From contig CAWETI010000003.1 in assembly GCA_963812015.1 (NCBI GenBank), forward strand, positions 1,472,001-1,536,000: a DNA stretch of 64,000 nt, written 5' to 3'. Shown piece by piece: positions 19,325 to 27,418 of the stretch. This stretch comes from an uncultured delta proteobacterium. Its GTDB lineage: Bacteria > Desulfobacterota > Desulfobaccia > Desulfobaccales > 0-14-0-80-60-11. The notes under the pieces were generated by a model. It saw nothing but the letters and a program-made list of their open reading frames with translations. It ran no database searches and had not been told where the DNA came from. How positions within the stretch are numbered: position 1 is the first letter of the stretch; each line of letters starts with the position of its first letter. The translations under genes were made by a program, and so were the position numbers.

Positions 19325-20368
19325 ATGTCCCAGCCCCCCAAGACTGATCTGGAATCTTTCCATTTCCGGAATCTGCATCATAAGGTCTTAATCGGAACGG
19401 CCAGTGATCGTTATGCCGGTTGGATTGGACAAATTTATTCCCAGGACCGCTATGCTGGACGAATAACCAAACGCACCAAAATCGTGGCCTTAAAATCTTT
19501 CACGGAAGAAGTGCTCCCAGTCGACAGCGTGGAGGAGTACTTCGAACATTTCCCGGTCTTGGAAATTGATTTCATTTTTTACCGGCCGCTTTTAGACCAA
19601 AACGGCCAACCCAACCAGAACTACCAGGTATTGAAGACCTACGCCAGGCACCTAAAAAAGGGTGACCGGATAATTCTCAAAGTTCCACAAATGATCATGG
19701 CCCAAAAAATTCGGAAAGGTGACTATTATGTGGCAAACCCAGCCTATCTCAACCCCAAAATGTTTACGGAACAATTCTATGAACCAGCCATCAATCTCCT
19801 GGGCGCCAATCTCACTGGCTTCATTTTTGAACAGGAATATCAACGTAAGGAGGATCGGTTGCCTGTGGTCAAGATGGCCTATGGTCTGAATATATTTTTC
19901 AGCCAAGTTCCCACAGATTCCAGGTATCATCTGGAATTAAGAACAGACCTATATCTCCGGGACCAGGTTTTTGAGGTATTGGCCAAATATGGAGTTGGGC
20001 AAGTCTTATCTCACTGGACTTGGTTGCCGCCCTTGAGAAAACAGCTGGCCAAAGCTGACGGCAGATTTTTCAATGCCGGGAATGAATGTGTTATCCGGCT
20101 AATGACACCCTTGGGAATGAGGTATGAAGACGCTTATGCAAAAGCCCATCCTTTTGATAGGCTGGTGGAAGGTATGCTGCAGCCGGAGATGGTTTTTGAG
20201 ACTGTGGAAATGGTCAAAAGTGCCATTGAGAAAGGGATGATGGTCAATCTCATTATCAATAATCGGGCGGGGGGCAATGCACCTATGATTGCGGAGATTA
20301 TTTCAGAGAAACTTTTCCCCAAACCCACGCCAAAATCTAAGGGCCAAATGAGTCTGTGGGATTCCTGA
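19325..20368 (+). CDS. DUF72 (YecE-like) protein
   Basis: IGTAS..YAGWIGQIY, LEIDFIFYR, HLELR, INNRAGGNAP. Confidence 0.85.
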   Translation: MSQPPKTDLESFHFRNLHHKVLIGTASDRYAGWIGQIYSQDRYAGRITKRTKIVALKSFTEEVLPVDSVEEYFEHFPVLEIDFIFYRPLLDQNGQPNQNYQVLKTYARHLKKGDRIILKVPQMIMAQKIRKGDYYVANPAYLNPKMFTEQFYEPAINLLGANLTGFIFEQEYQRKEDRLPVVKMAYGLNIFFSQVPTDSRYHLELRTDLYLRDQVFEVLAKYGVGQVLSHWTWLPPLRKQLAKADGRFFNAGNECVIRLMTPLGMRYEDAYAKAHPFDRLVEGMLQPEMVFETVEMVKSAIEKGMMVNLIINNRAGGNAPMIAEIISEKLFPKPTPKSKGQMSLWDS

Positions 20369-20592
20369 TTAAAAATATCGGTACAAGAATCAAAGTGATT
20401 TCCCATTCCTGGTATAAATTATTAAACTAAAACAGCTGAACGATGCAGGAGGATGGAATAATTATCAGGGGATATCATGAGGTTATATTTATAGGGTGGC
20501 TTGGTATGATTAGTGCATAATAATATTGCAGACATGAACTGTTAAGGAAACCCCCAATCCCCCCTTAAAAGTTCACATACCATTTTCTCCTT

Positions 20593-20630
20593 AGCTGGCC
20601 GGGACTCCCCCTCTCGGCCAGTTTGTTTTT
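20593..20630 (+). terminator. Rho-independent terminator
   Basis: AGCTGGCCGGG...CTCGGCCAGTT hairpin followed by TGTTTTT. Confidence 0.7.
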
Positions 20631-20776
20631 CTACTGAGTCATTCCAGTCTAAAGATTTTGACCTTTCAGCAGCCGCCATTGACACCCCAATCGCACCTAT
20701 GCAAGATTGCCGTTCTTCCATTGCAAACCAGGGCGAAATGTAGTATGGGTGTGGACCACATGACGATACAAAGGAG

Positions 20777-21076
20777 ATGATTCTTATGGCCAGTGAAAAT
20801 CTTAAATTAACTGCCCAAATTGTCATGTCCCACGCATCAATGAGAAAGCTAACGCCACAGGAATTGGTTACGGTGATTAAAAGGTTATATGCTACCTTAG
20901 CTTCATTAGAAGCTGAAGATGTCGTTCCAGAACCAAAACCCAAAGTGATCCGCCAACGCAAGCCTCGAAAAGTTAAAATTAAAGGAACGCCGGAAGCCAA
21001 AGCGGTTGAGAATGAGGAAGGATTGACTGTTGGAGATCCGGATTATATGGAGTTTATGGAAAGCCGAGAGGGGTAA
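20777..21076 (+). CDS. MucR/Ros N-terminal-domain protein lacking the zinc finger
   Basis: LKLTAQIVMSHAS...LTPQELVTVIKRLYATL parallels the N-terminus of the downstream MucR. Confidence 0.75.
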   Translation: MILMASENLKLTAQIVMSHASMRKLTPQELVTVIKRLYATLASLEAEDVVPEPKPKVIRQRKPRKVKIKGTPEAKAVENEEGLTVGDPDYMEFMESREG

Positions 21077-21147
21077 CCGAACCAAGTTGGAGAACAACGC
21101 ATTCTGGCGCAATTCCCTTACAATCAAACCCAAAGGAGATAATACCC

Positions 21148-21588
21148 ATGCCCAGCGAAGTTCTAAAAATGACCACAGAGATTGTCGTTTCCCATGCCTC
21201 GTTAACCGAACTTACCACCGAGCAATTGGTTAGCGAGATTAAAGATGTCTACAATGTCCTTTCTGTTTTGGAAGGCGGGCAAATTTTGGAGGAACCGCTT
21301 TCTGGAAAAGCTGGAGAAACTGGTGGTGTGAAAAAGCCATCTATTCCTTTGAAAGACATCGTTAAGGCCAAGTATGTGGTTTGTCTTGAATGCGGGAAAA
21401 AACTGAAAACTTTAAAGACCCACCTGCAGAAAGCTCATGGGTTGATGCCGAAAGAGTATTATAAGCGGTTTGACCTGGATCCCAAGAAGTTCCCTCTGGT
21501 GTGTAAAGAATATTCAGCGGCTCGGAGCAAGATGGCGAAAGACCGGGGGTTGGGTGCGAAGGGAGGTAGGCGTAAGGCGACTACTTAA
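21148..21588 (+). CDS. mucR: MucR/Ros family transcriptional regulator
   Basis: VVCLECGKKLKTLKTHLQKAHGL zinc finger, PLVCKEYSAARSKMAK...GLG. Confidence 0.92.
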   Translation: MPSEVLKMTTEIVVSHASLTELTTEQLVSEIKDVYNVLSVLEGGQILEEPLSGKAGETGGVKKPSIPLKDIVKAKYVVCLECGKKLKTLKTHLQKAHGLMPKEYYKRFDLDPKKFPLVCKEYSAARSKMAKDRGLGAKGGRRKATT

Positions 21589-21676
21589 GTAAGTTGAAGC
21601 CCTCACAAAGACCTCCCAAACCATTGAAGAGAAATTGACCAGGGTTAAGAACCCAACAAAAGCCGAGGAGAAAGCT

Positions 21677-21766
21677 ATGGGAGACAAAGGTAAGAAGGAC
21701 AAGGCCAAGAAGGGCAAGAAAGACAAACAGAAGGTAGATAAAAAAGACAAGGATAGCAAGAAGTAG
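21677..21766 (+). CDS. 29-aa Lys/Asp-rich peptide
   Basis: MGDKGKKDKAKKGKKDKQKVDKKDKDSKK; GAGGAG RBS 6 nt upstream. Confidence 0.6.
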   Translation: MGDKGKKDKAKKGKKDKQKVDKKDKDSKK

Positions 21767-21811
21767 CAGGTCAACCCAATTGAGGGGCGGCCCCGCCGTA
21801 GGAGAGCCACC

Positions 21812-21973
21812 ATGTTAATTTTGACCTTGAAGGAGGACGAAAAAATTCTCATTGGGGACAAGATAACTGTCAAGGTGGTGGAGATCCGGGGAAAACAAAT
21901 CCGCCTTGGGATCGAGGCGCCGGCTGGCCTTTTGGTTCTGCGGGAAAATCTGGCGGGAAAAGCAAAGGCATAA
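21812..21973 (+). CDS. csrA: Carbon storage regulator CsrA/RsmA homolog (53 aa)
   Basis: MLILTLKEDEKILIGDKITVKVVEIRGKQIRLGIEAPAGLLVLRE; AGGAG RBS; absent from ORF track. Confidence 0.9.
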   Translation: MLILTLKEDEKILIGDKITVKVVEIRGKQIRLGIEAPAGLLVLRENLAGKAKA

Positions 21974-22155
21974 AGGAGCACAGGACGGTGGGTCAAGGCG
22001 AAACTCCTGGTGCCCCACCAGGCCGCTGGCCCTTGTCCCTCCCACGCAACAGCCCATCCCCAGCCCGACCCTCCTATCTGATTACCCAATCTGGTATAGG
22101 TTATCGCTTGCGGGATAACTTACCTTAATAACCCTTTAATGCCCCATTGAAGATA

Positions 22156-22212
22156 GCTTGCCACTATCCGCTCTTCTGGGAATCTTTGCATATGATTCGT
22201 ATATGGAAATCT
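22156..22212 (+). repeat. Island repeat, degenerate copy E
   Basis: GCTTGCCA...CGCT-N4-TGGGAA...ATATG-N6-ATATGGAAA aligns to copy B with internal deletions. Confidence 0.5.
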
Positions 22213-22557
22213 CTTAAGATGAAAAAGCCCCGGGTGGAATCCCCAGGGCTCCAATTGCACTTTTGTTCGATTCAAACACTCTCTACTTTGGAGCTCAAAC
22301 CTTCAAAAATACATGGCGAAATTTTCGCCTTTTTATGTCAACTCGCCAAGGGGCCTTCTGTCCAAGCCCTTGAAATTATTAGGCATGTAGATGCAAGTTT
22401 TTACCTGAAATAGTCCCGTTGGGACTACTTGATAATGTAATCCAAGGGGGAGAGGATCTATTCTCTGAAATGCCCCAGAAAATTCCCCAATAGCTCATTT
22501 TGACCATACCGCCGGGCCGCTGTACCCGGAAAAGTGAGGAATCATGCGGGTTTTAGG

Positions 22558-22578
22558 CAAATCCCGCCTTCGGCACCA
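22558..22578 (+). other. tRNA-Leu 3'-end fragment (att site core)
   Basis: CAAATCCCGCCTTCGGCACCA is T-loop/T-stem/acceptor/CCA of a GCCGAAG-starting tRNA-Leu; no 5' tRNA half upstream. Confidence 0.8.
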
Positions 22579-22589
22579 GTTCTTTAATT

Positions 22590-22617
22590 AAGGCGTAACC
22601 TCAAGGGGTTACGCCTT
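22590..22617 (+). terminator. Hairpin terminator downstream of the tRNA end
   Basis: AAGGCGTAACC-tcaagg-GGTTACGCCTT, perfect 11-bp stem. Confidence 0.8.
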
Positions 22618-22929
22618 TGGTCGATTATAGGATGGTGTGGGTCTAAAATTTTCCCAAGGCATTCGATTCGGCCACTTCATTTAACCGCACGGAAAGTTGC
22701 CGCCCACGAAAGTCCACCAAAATCATGCTTTCCTGGTTCACCAATATCGGGAATTGCTGTCCTGGGGGTTTTAGCCTCCACAGCAGTGAGGTATCCGCGT
22801 TCGGGGGTTGGTTTAGTGAAGTTTTTGGACAAAGCACTTTTCAGCGAAATTTGTGATAGCATGCGGCCTATGAGATAAGCTGGCTACAGAGAGAGGAGCC
22901 TTCTCTGGGTTTAACTGCGGTGAAACGCG

Positions 22930-23484
22930 TTAGCATTCATCTAAGGCGCGCCAGCCGAAACTTTCCAGATAGACCTTGAGCCTATCCCGCTTTTCCCGGT
23001 ATTGGTCGTCCCCCAGAGGCTTACAGTCCTGCAGAGAGATCTCGCCTTCCCTGAGGGCCGCAGCATAAGCCATGCAAGTGGGATAGCGGCACAGTTTGCA
23101 ATTGGTCATGGGCAGCAGCTTCAGAATCTCCATGACCTTCAGGCCGGCTTGACTCACGGAGCGCGGCGTAATGGTTGCCCGCCGGGCATAGATGTCGTTG
23201 ATCTGCCCCTGAATCCAGGTGAGCAGAGCGTGGGCTTCTTCCCTGTCCCTGACGCCGCGTATGGCAATTTTGTGGGGGTGCAGAGTGATCCATTTGCCTT
23301 CCGACAGCTTGAGCAGGAGCGAATGATTGGTGGTATCATAGTCCCAGCCGCCCAACTCGGCATTCACATAAGGAAGGGCAGGGGAGATATCGACCGTGAA
23401 GGTGGCGATGGCGTGCAGGACTTCCTTGGTGGAGTCCATTTTGGGACGGAAGATGTCAAAGTTGTCAATCCGGTCCAGGAGCAT
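22930..23484 (-). CDS. Fe-S cluster domain protein
   Basis: LKLLPMTNCKLCRYPTCMAYA...CKPL; DISPALPYVNA. Confidence 0.82.
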   Translation of the reverse strand: MLLDRIDNFDIFRPKMDSTKEVLHAIATFTVDISPALPYVNAELGGWDYDTTNHSLLLKLSEGKWITLHPHKIAIRGVRDREEAHALLTWIQGQINDIYARRATITPRSVSQAGLKVMEILKLLPMTNCKLCRYPTCMAYAAALREGEISLQDCKPLGDDQYREKRDRLKVYLESFGWRALDEC

Positions 23485-23571
23485 GTTCAGCCTTTTGTCT
23501 TCTCACCAATCGGCCCTTCATTCAGCCCATTGATCCTCAGAGGGTCAAAAGTTCCGATTACCGCCGCCTCT

Positions 23572-23805
23572 TTAGCCGATCAGCTTTTTGATCTCATCCA
23601 CACTGGGCACCTGGCCCACCACTTTGACCTCGCCATCCACCACCAGGGCTGGGGTAGTAAAGATGCCAAAGGCCATAATTTTGCTCAGTTCGCTTACCTT
23701 TTCCACTTCATAGTCCCCGCCGAGAGATTGGGCCGCCTCTGCCGTGCGCTTGGCCAACTCCGTGCATTTGGGGCAACCCGGGCCCAAGACCTGTAATTTT
23801 TTCAT
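23572..23805 (-). CDS. Small thioredoxin, MTH895/TM0996 family
   Basis: VLGPGCPKC, TPALVVDGEV. Confidence 0.9.
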   Translation of the reverse strand: MKKLQVLGPGCPKCTELAKRTAEAAQSLGGDYEVEKVSELSKIMAFGIFTTPALVVDGEVKVVGQVPSVDEIKKLIG

Positions 23806-23831
23806 TGAATTTCATCTCCTTTGCAAGTAAT

Positions 23832-24212
23832 TCAGCCGCCGAATTGAGAGAGTTTAGCGGCTACGTCCTCTTTGGCCACCTCACCCACGGCCATCCACAG
23901 CATGTGGTTCTGGGCGTCCAGAAAGAGCAGGGCCGGCAACTGGATGAGATGGTACTCACCGATATACGGCACCGCGGCTTGCCGGTCGGTGTCATAATCA
24001 ATCCGCTTCAGCAATGCCTGGCGAGGCCCGGTAAAAGTCCGGTTCACCAACTCGTCGGCGGCGTGCACGCTCTTGGCGCTACAGCCGCAGGCTTTGCTCT
24101 TGGTGATGTAGACCACCTGGCTTACCGTGCTCGGTTCGGCGTTGACCAGGATAGCCGTCCCCAAGATCGCCAGGACCACGATACCAATAACCCCGATTTT
24201 GCCCTTTGCCAT
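23832..24212 (-). CDS. Exported thioredoxin-fold protein
   Basis: Signal/TM segment, ACGC motif, LPALLFLD. Confidence 0.7.
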   Translation of the reverse strand: MAKGKIGVIGIVVLAILGTAILVNAEPSTVSQVVYITKSKACGCSAKSVHAADELVNRTFTGPRQALLKRIDYDTDRQAAVPYIGEYHLIQLPALLFLDAQNHMLWMAVGEVAKEDVAAKLSQFGG

Positions 24213-24237
24213 GTTTCCTCCCCGGGTTTATTCTTCA

Positions 24238-24993
24238 TTACCGCTTAAAGGCCCGCACCTTGACGCTCAATATTTTTCCTTGCAGGCGGGAATCCATCTC
24301 CGGGGCCTCGTAGGCGGACTCCGAGACCACGCCCACGTCGGCAAAACCTGCTCGGCGGATAATCTCTATATATGTCTCCTTTTCCAAGGCGCCGGCCAGG
24401 CAATCGGCCCAGGCCGCAAAACTCCGGCGCACATCTTCCGGCAAGACCCCCTCAGTGACCAAATCCGAAATCAGTATGCGGCCGCCCGGCTTCAGGACCC
24501 GATGAATTTCCCGGTAACTGGCCAGCTTGTCGGCGGTGAGGTTGATGACGCAGTTGCTGATGATGACATCCACCGAATCAGTCTCCAGGGGCAGATGCTC
24601 GATCTCCCCCAGGCGAAACTCCACATTGGCGAAGCCGTGCTCCCGGGCCAACTGTCTGCCCCGGTTCACCATGTCTTCGGTCATGTCCACGCCGATGACC
24701 CGGCCCCGCTCTTTCACCCGCCGGGCCGCCAGGAAGACATCGATCCCCGCCCCGGACCCCAGGTCCACCACTGTCTCACCTTCCTGGAGGTCCGCCAACG
24801 CAGTGGGGTTGCCGCAGCCTACCCCCAGAATCGCCATCTCAGGCACCAGGCGCAAGTCCTCGGCGGTATAGCCCACGGCCAGGCACTGGTCGGTGGTGGT
24901 GGGGCCGCAGGTGGGACAGCAGAAAGTCTGCTCCCCCCGGGCGATCTTGCCGTAACGGTCCTTGATGACATCCTTCAGTTTCTGATCATTCAC
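24238..24993 (-). CDS. arsM: Arsenite S-adenosylmethyltransferase
   Basis: GVGCGNP, DLGSGAGID, ISNCVINL, WADCLAGA, N-terminal CC. Confidence 0.92.
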   Translation of the reverse strand: MNDQKLKDVIKDRYGKIARGEQTFCCPTCGPTTTDQCLAVGYTAEDLRLVPEMAILGVGCGNPTALADLQEGETVVDLGSGAGIDVFLAARRVKERGRVIGVDMTEDMVNRGRQLAREHGFANVEFRLGEIEHLPLETDSVDVIISNCVINLTADKLASYREIHRVLKPGGRILISDLVTEGVLPEDVRRSFAAWADCLAGALEKETYIEIIRRAGFADVGVVSESAYEAPEMDSRLQGKILSVKVRAFKR

Positions 24994-25017
24994 GCCCTTA
25001 CTCCTCGCATTCCACCA

Positions 25018-26160
25018 TTACATAATGGCGTTAAATATGAAGCCCACGATGATGATCCCCACGGTGACCACCCCGACGAACACCGCGATGAGCTTGGGCT
25101 TTAAAACTTTTCGGAGGATGACGGTTTCCGGGAAGGAGATGCCGATAATCGACATCATAAAGGCCAGCACGGTGCCCAGGGCCGCCCCCTTTTCCAGCAA
25201 GGCCTGGACCACCGGGATGATGCCCGCGGCGTTGGAGTACAACGGTGCCCCGAGAACGACCGCCACCGGCACCGACCACCAGGCCTGTTTGCCCATGAGG
25301 GCCGCCAAAAAGCCTTCGGGAACGTAGCCGTGGATCGCCGCGCCCGCCCCGATCCCCAAAATGATATAGACCCAGACCCGCCCCACGATATCCTTTACCT
25401 GGTGTAGGCCATAATCGATTCGGCTCATCCAGCCTAACTTTTGCAGGAGAGCCGGAGTCTGCCCCATGCGGATCTCATAGACCCAGTCTTCCACCTGGTT
25501 CTCCATATTCAGACGTCCGATAATCAGGCCGGTAACCATGGCGATCAGCAAGCCCATGGACATATAGATCAGGGCGATCCGCCAGCCGAAGAGGCCGAAG
25601 AGCAGCACCAGGGCGATCTCGTTCACCATGGGGGCCGAAATCAAAAAGGCGAAGGTGACCCCGATGGGAATGCCCGCTTCGACGAAGCCGATGAAGAGCG
25701 GCACCGCCGAACAGGAGCAAAAGGGGGTCACCACCCCTAAGAGCGCCGCCAGCACGTCCCCGAGAATCTCCCGTTTGCCCGCCAAAATGGTCCGGGTGCG
25801 CTCCGGGGTGAAAAAGGAGCGCAGCACGCCCACGCCCCAGATCACCAGAATCAACAACATGAAGACCTTGGGAATATCCAGAAAGAAAAAGGACACCGCG
25901 TCCCCCAGGTGGGTGCCCTGAGCTATCCGGAAGACATCATAGGTGACCCAGGTGGAGAAGGGCGCCAGTCGGCTGTAAATCGGCCACCAGACAATCAGCG
26001 CCAGACCCAGCAAAGTCAGCTTGAGGATTTGCCTGGCCGACATCTCGGCCATTGCCGCTTTTACCTTGGCAATGAGCTTGATAGGTGGTTCGGCCGTTTC
26101 GGCGGTAATTCCCGCTGCTCCCGCCTGTTCCGGTGGATTTCGGTTATCCATGGTGAGCAT
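25018..26160 (-). CDS. ArsP/DUF318 permease
   Basis: TPFCSCSAVPLF, FLISAPMVNE, SFPE. Confidence 0.88.
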   Translation of the reverse strand: MLTMDNRNPPEQAGAAGITAETAEPPIKLIAKVKAAMAEMSARQILKLTLLGLALIVWWPIYSRLAPFSTWVTYDVFRIAQGTHLGDAVSFFFLDIPKVFMLLILVIWGVGVLRSFFTPERTRTILAGKREILGDVLAALLGVVTPFCSCSAVPLFIGFVEAGIPIGVTFAFLISAPMVNEIALVLLFGLFGWRIALIYMSMGLLIAMVTGLIIGRLNMENQVEDWVYEIRMGQTPALLQKLGWMSRIDYGLHQVKDIVGRVWVYIILGIGAGAAIHGYVPEGFLAALMGKQAWWSVPVAVVLGAPLYSNAAGIIPVVQALLEKGAALGTVLAFMMSIIGISFPETVILRKVLKPKLIAVFVGVVTVGIIIVGFIFNAIM

Positions 26161-26181
26161 CCCTTAAGCAAACGAAAAATA

Positions 26182-26877
26182 TTACAGGGCGCGAATCCCC
26201 TGGAAGAAAATATAAGCTCCCATGAAAAAGATCAGGCAGCCGGCAACCTTTTGCATGATGGTGCCGAATTTAGCCCCTTTGGATTGCAGGAAGCTCTCGA
26301 TCACCCCGGTAAAGGTGCCCGCCAGAATGACCAGGGTGCCCTGACCCAGGGCGTAGGCGAAGAGAAGGGTGCTCCCGTACGCCACCTCGCCCTTGACCGC
26401 GGCCAGAGTGAGGATGACCGCCAACACCGGGCTGGCGCAGGGCGACAGCACCAGGCCGAACAGGGCCCCCAGAAGCAGGGCGCCGATCAAGCCGGTGCGC
26501 TGGGGCAGGAATCTCTGGGAGGCCCCTCCCAGTTTCAGGTTGATGAGGCCGGTCAACTGCAGGCCCATAAGCATGAGGATGACCGCCACCACAAAATACC
26601 AATAAGTGCCCACCTGGCCGAACATGGTGCCCATGAGGGCCGCCGCCGCCCCCAGGATGGACATGACTAGGGCCAGCCCCACCACAAAGGTGAGTGAATA
26701 AAAAAAGGCCTGCTTCTTGTTGCCTCCGGCATAACCGCCGACGAAGCCGATGACCAAAGGGATGCTGGCCAGGATGCAAGGGCTGGCGGTGGCCACCACC
26801 CCGCCCACATACGCCGCGCCGTATCCCAGAAGGGGGCGAGTCTGCATCACCTGCCCCAGAGTTTCACTCCATCCCAT
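26182..26877 (-). CDS. ccdA: CcdA/DsbD-type membrane disulfide reductase
   Basis: SPCILASIP and SPCASPVL motifs, about 6 TM segments. Confidence 0.88.
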   Translation of the reverse strand: MGWSETLGQVMQTRPLLGYGAAYVGGVVATASPCILASIPLVIGFVGGYAGGNKKQAFFYSLTFVVGLALVMSILGAAAALMGTMFGQVGTYWYFVVAVILMLMGLQLTGLINLKLGGASQRFLPQRTGLIGALLLGALFGLVLSPCASPVLAVILTLAAVKGEVAYGSTLLFAYALGQGTLVILAGTFTGVIESFLQSKGAKFGTIMQKVAGCLIFFMGAYIFFQGIRAL

Positions 26878-26892
26878 GAATAGCCCCCTCAC

Positions 26893-27279
26893 TTAGCGGA
26901 TGAACTTCAAGTCCTTGAGCTTCCTGATGACCTCATCTTTGGACAAAGCCCCAATATGCCGGTCCACCTCTTTGCCGGCTGCATCCAGGAATACCTGGGT
27001 GGGAATGAGCATGATCTTGTATTGCTGGAAGAGATCCTTTTCTTTATCGACATAGACCATCCGCACTTCCAGTTGATCGCGATATTGCGGTTTCAATTCG
27101 GCCATAATTTTTGCCATCTCCTTGCAGGAGACACAGTAACCCGCGCCGAATTCATAGAGCGCCGGCTTACCTGGCGAGGGAGCCGCACCCTGCGCCTGGG
27201 TCGGCAAAGGTTGCCAGATAATCAAGCCTCCCATTACCAGACAGACCAACCCGATAACATAGTGACGCCATGATTTCAT
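26893..27279 (-). CDS. Exported thioredoxin family protein
   Basis: EFGAGYCVSCKEM, IPTQVFLD...RHIG. Confidence 0.88.
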   Translation of the reverse strand: MKSWRHYVIGLVCLVMGGLIIWQPLPTQAQGAAPSPGKPALYEFGAGYCVSCKEMAKIMAELKPQYRDQLEVRMVYVDKEKDLFQQYKIMLIPTQVFLDAAGKEVDRHIGALSKDEVIRKLKDLKFIR

Positions 27280-27418
27280 AGGTGCCCATCCTTATTGAGT
27301 GATGAGGGTCAGACTCGCAATAACCGTATATCCGCATTTAAAAATATTAAATCGTGCCAGGGAGAAAAACCGGCGTGCCCTGATGATCTTTTTTACTTTC
27401 TTAAGCATGCCCCCGGAA

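Larger units (their letters stand above)
1..22578. mobile_element. Genomic island integrated at a tRNA-Leu 3' end (right part; left end outside window)
   Basis: tRNA 3' fragment plus terminator at 22558-22617; tyrosine recombinase and DNA MTase; mosaic cargo with AT-rich stretches (e.g. 13100-17500), versus GC-rich DNA to the right. Confidence 0.75.

Noticed and set aside
22500..22578. Intact tRNA-Leu gene
   Set aside because: No GCCGAAG 5' acceptor strand, D arm or anticodon arm upstream; only the 3' end is present.
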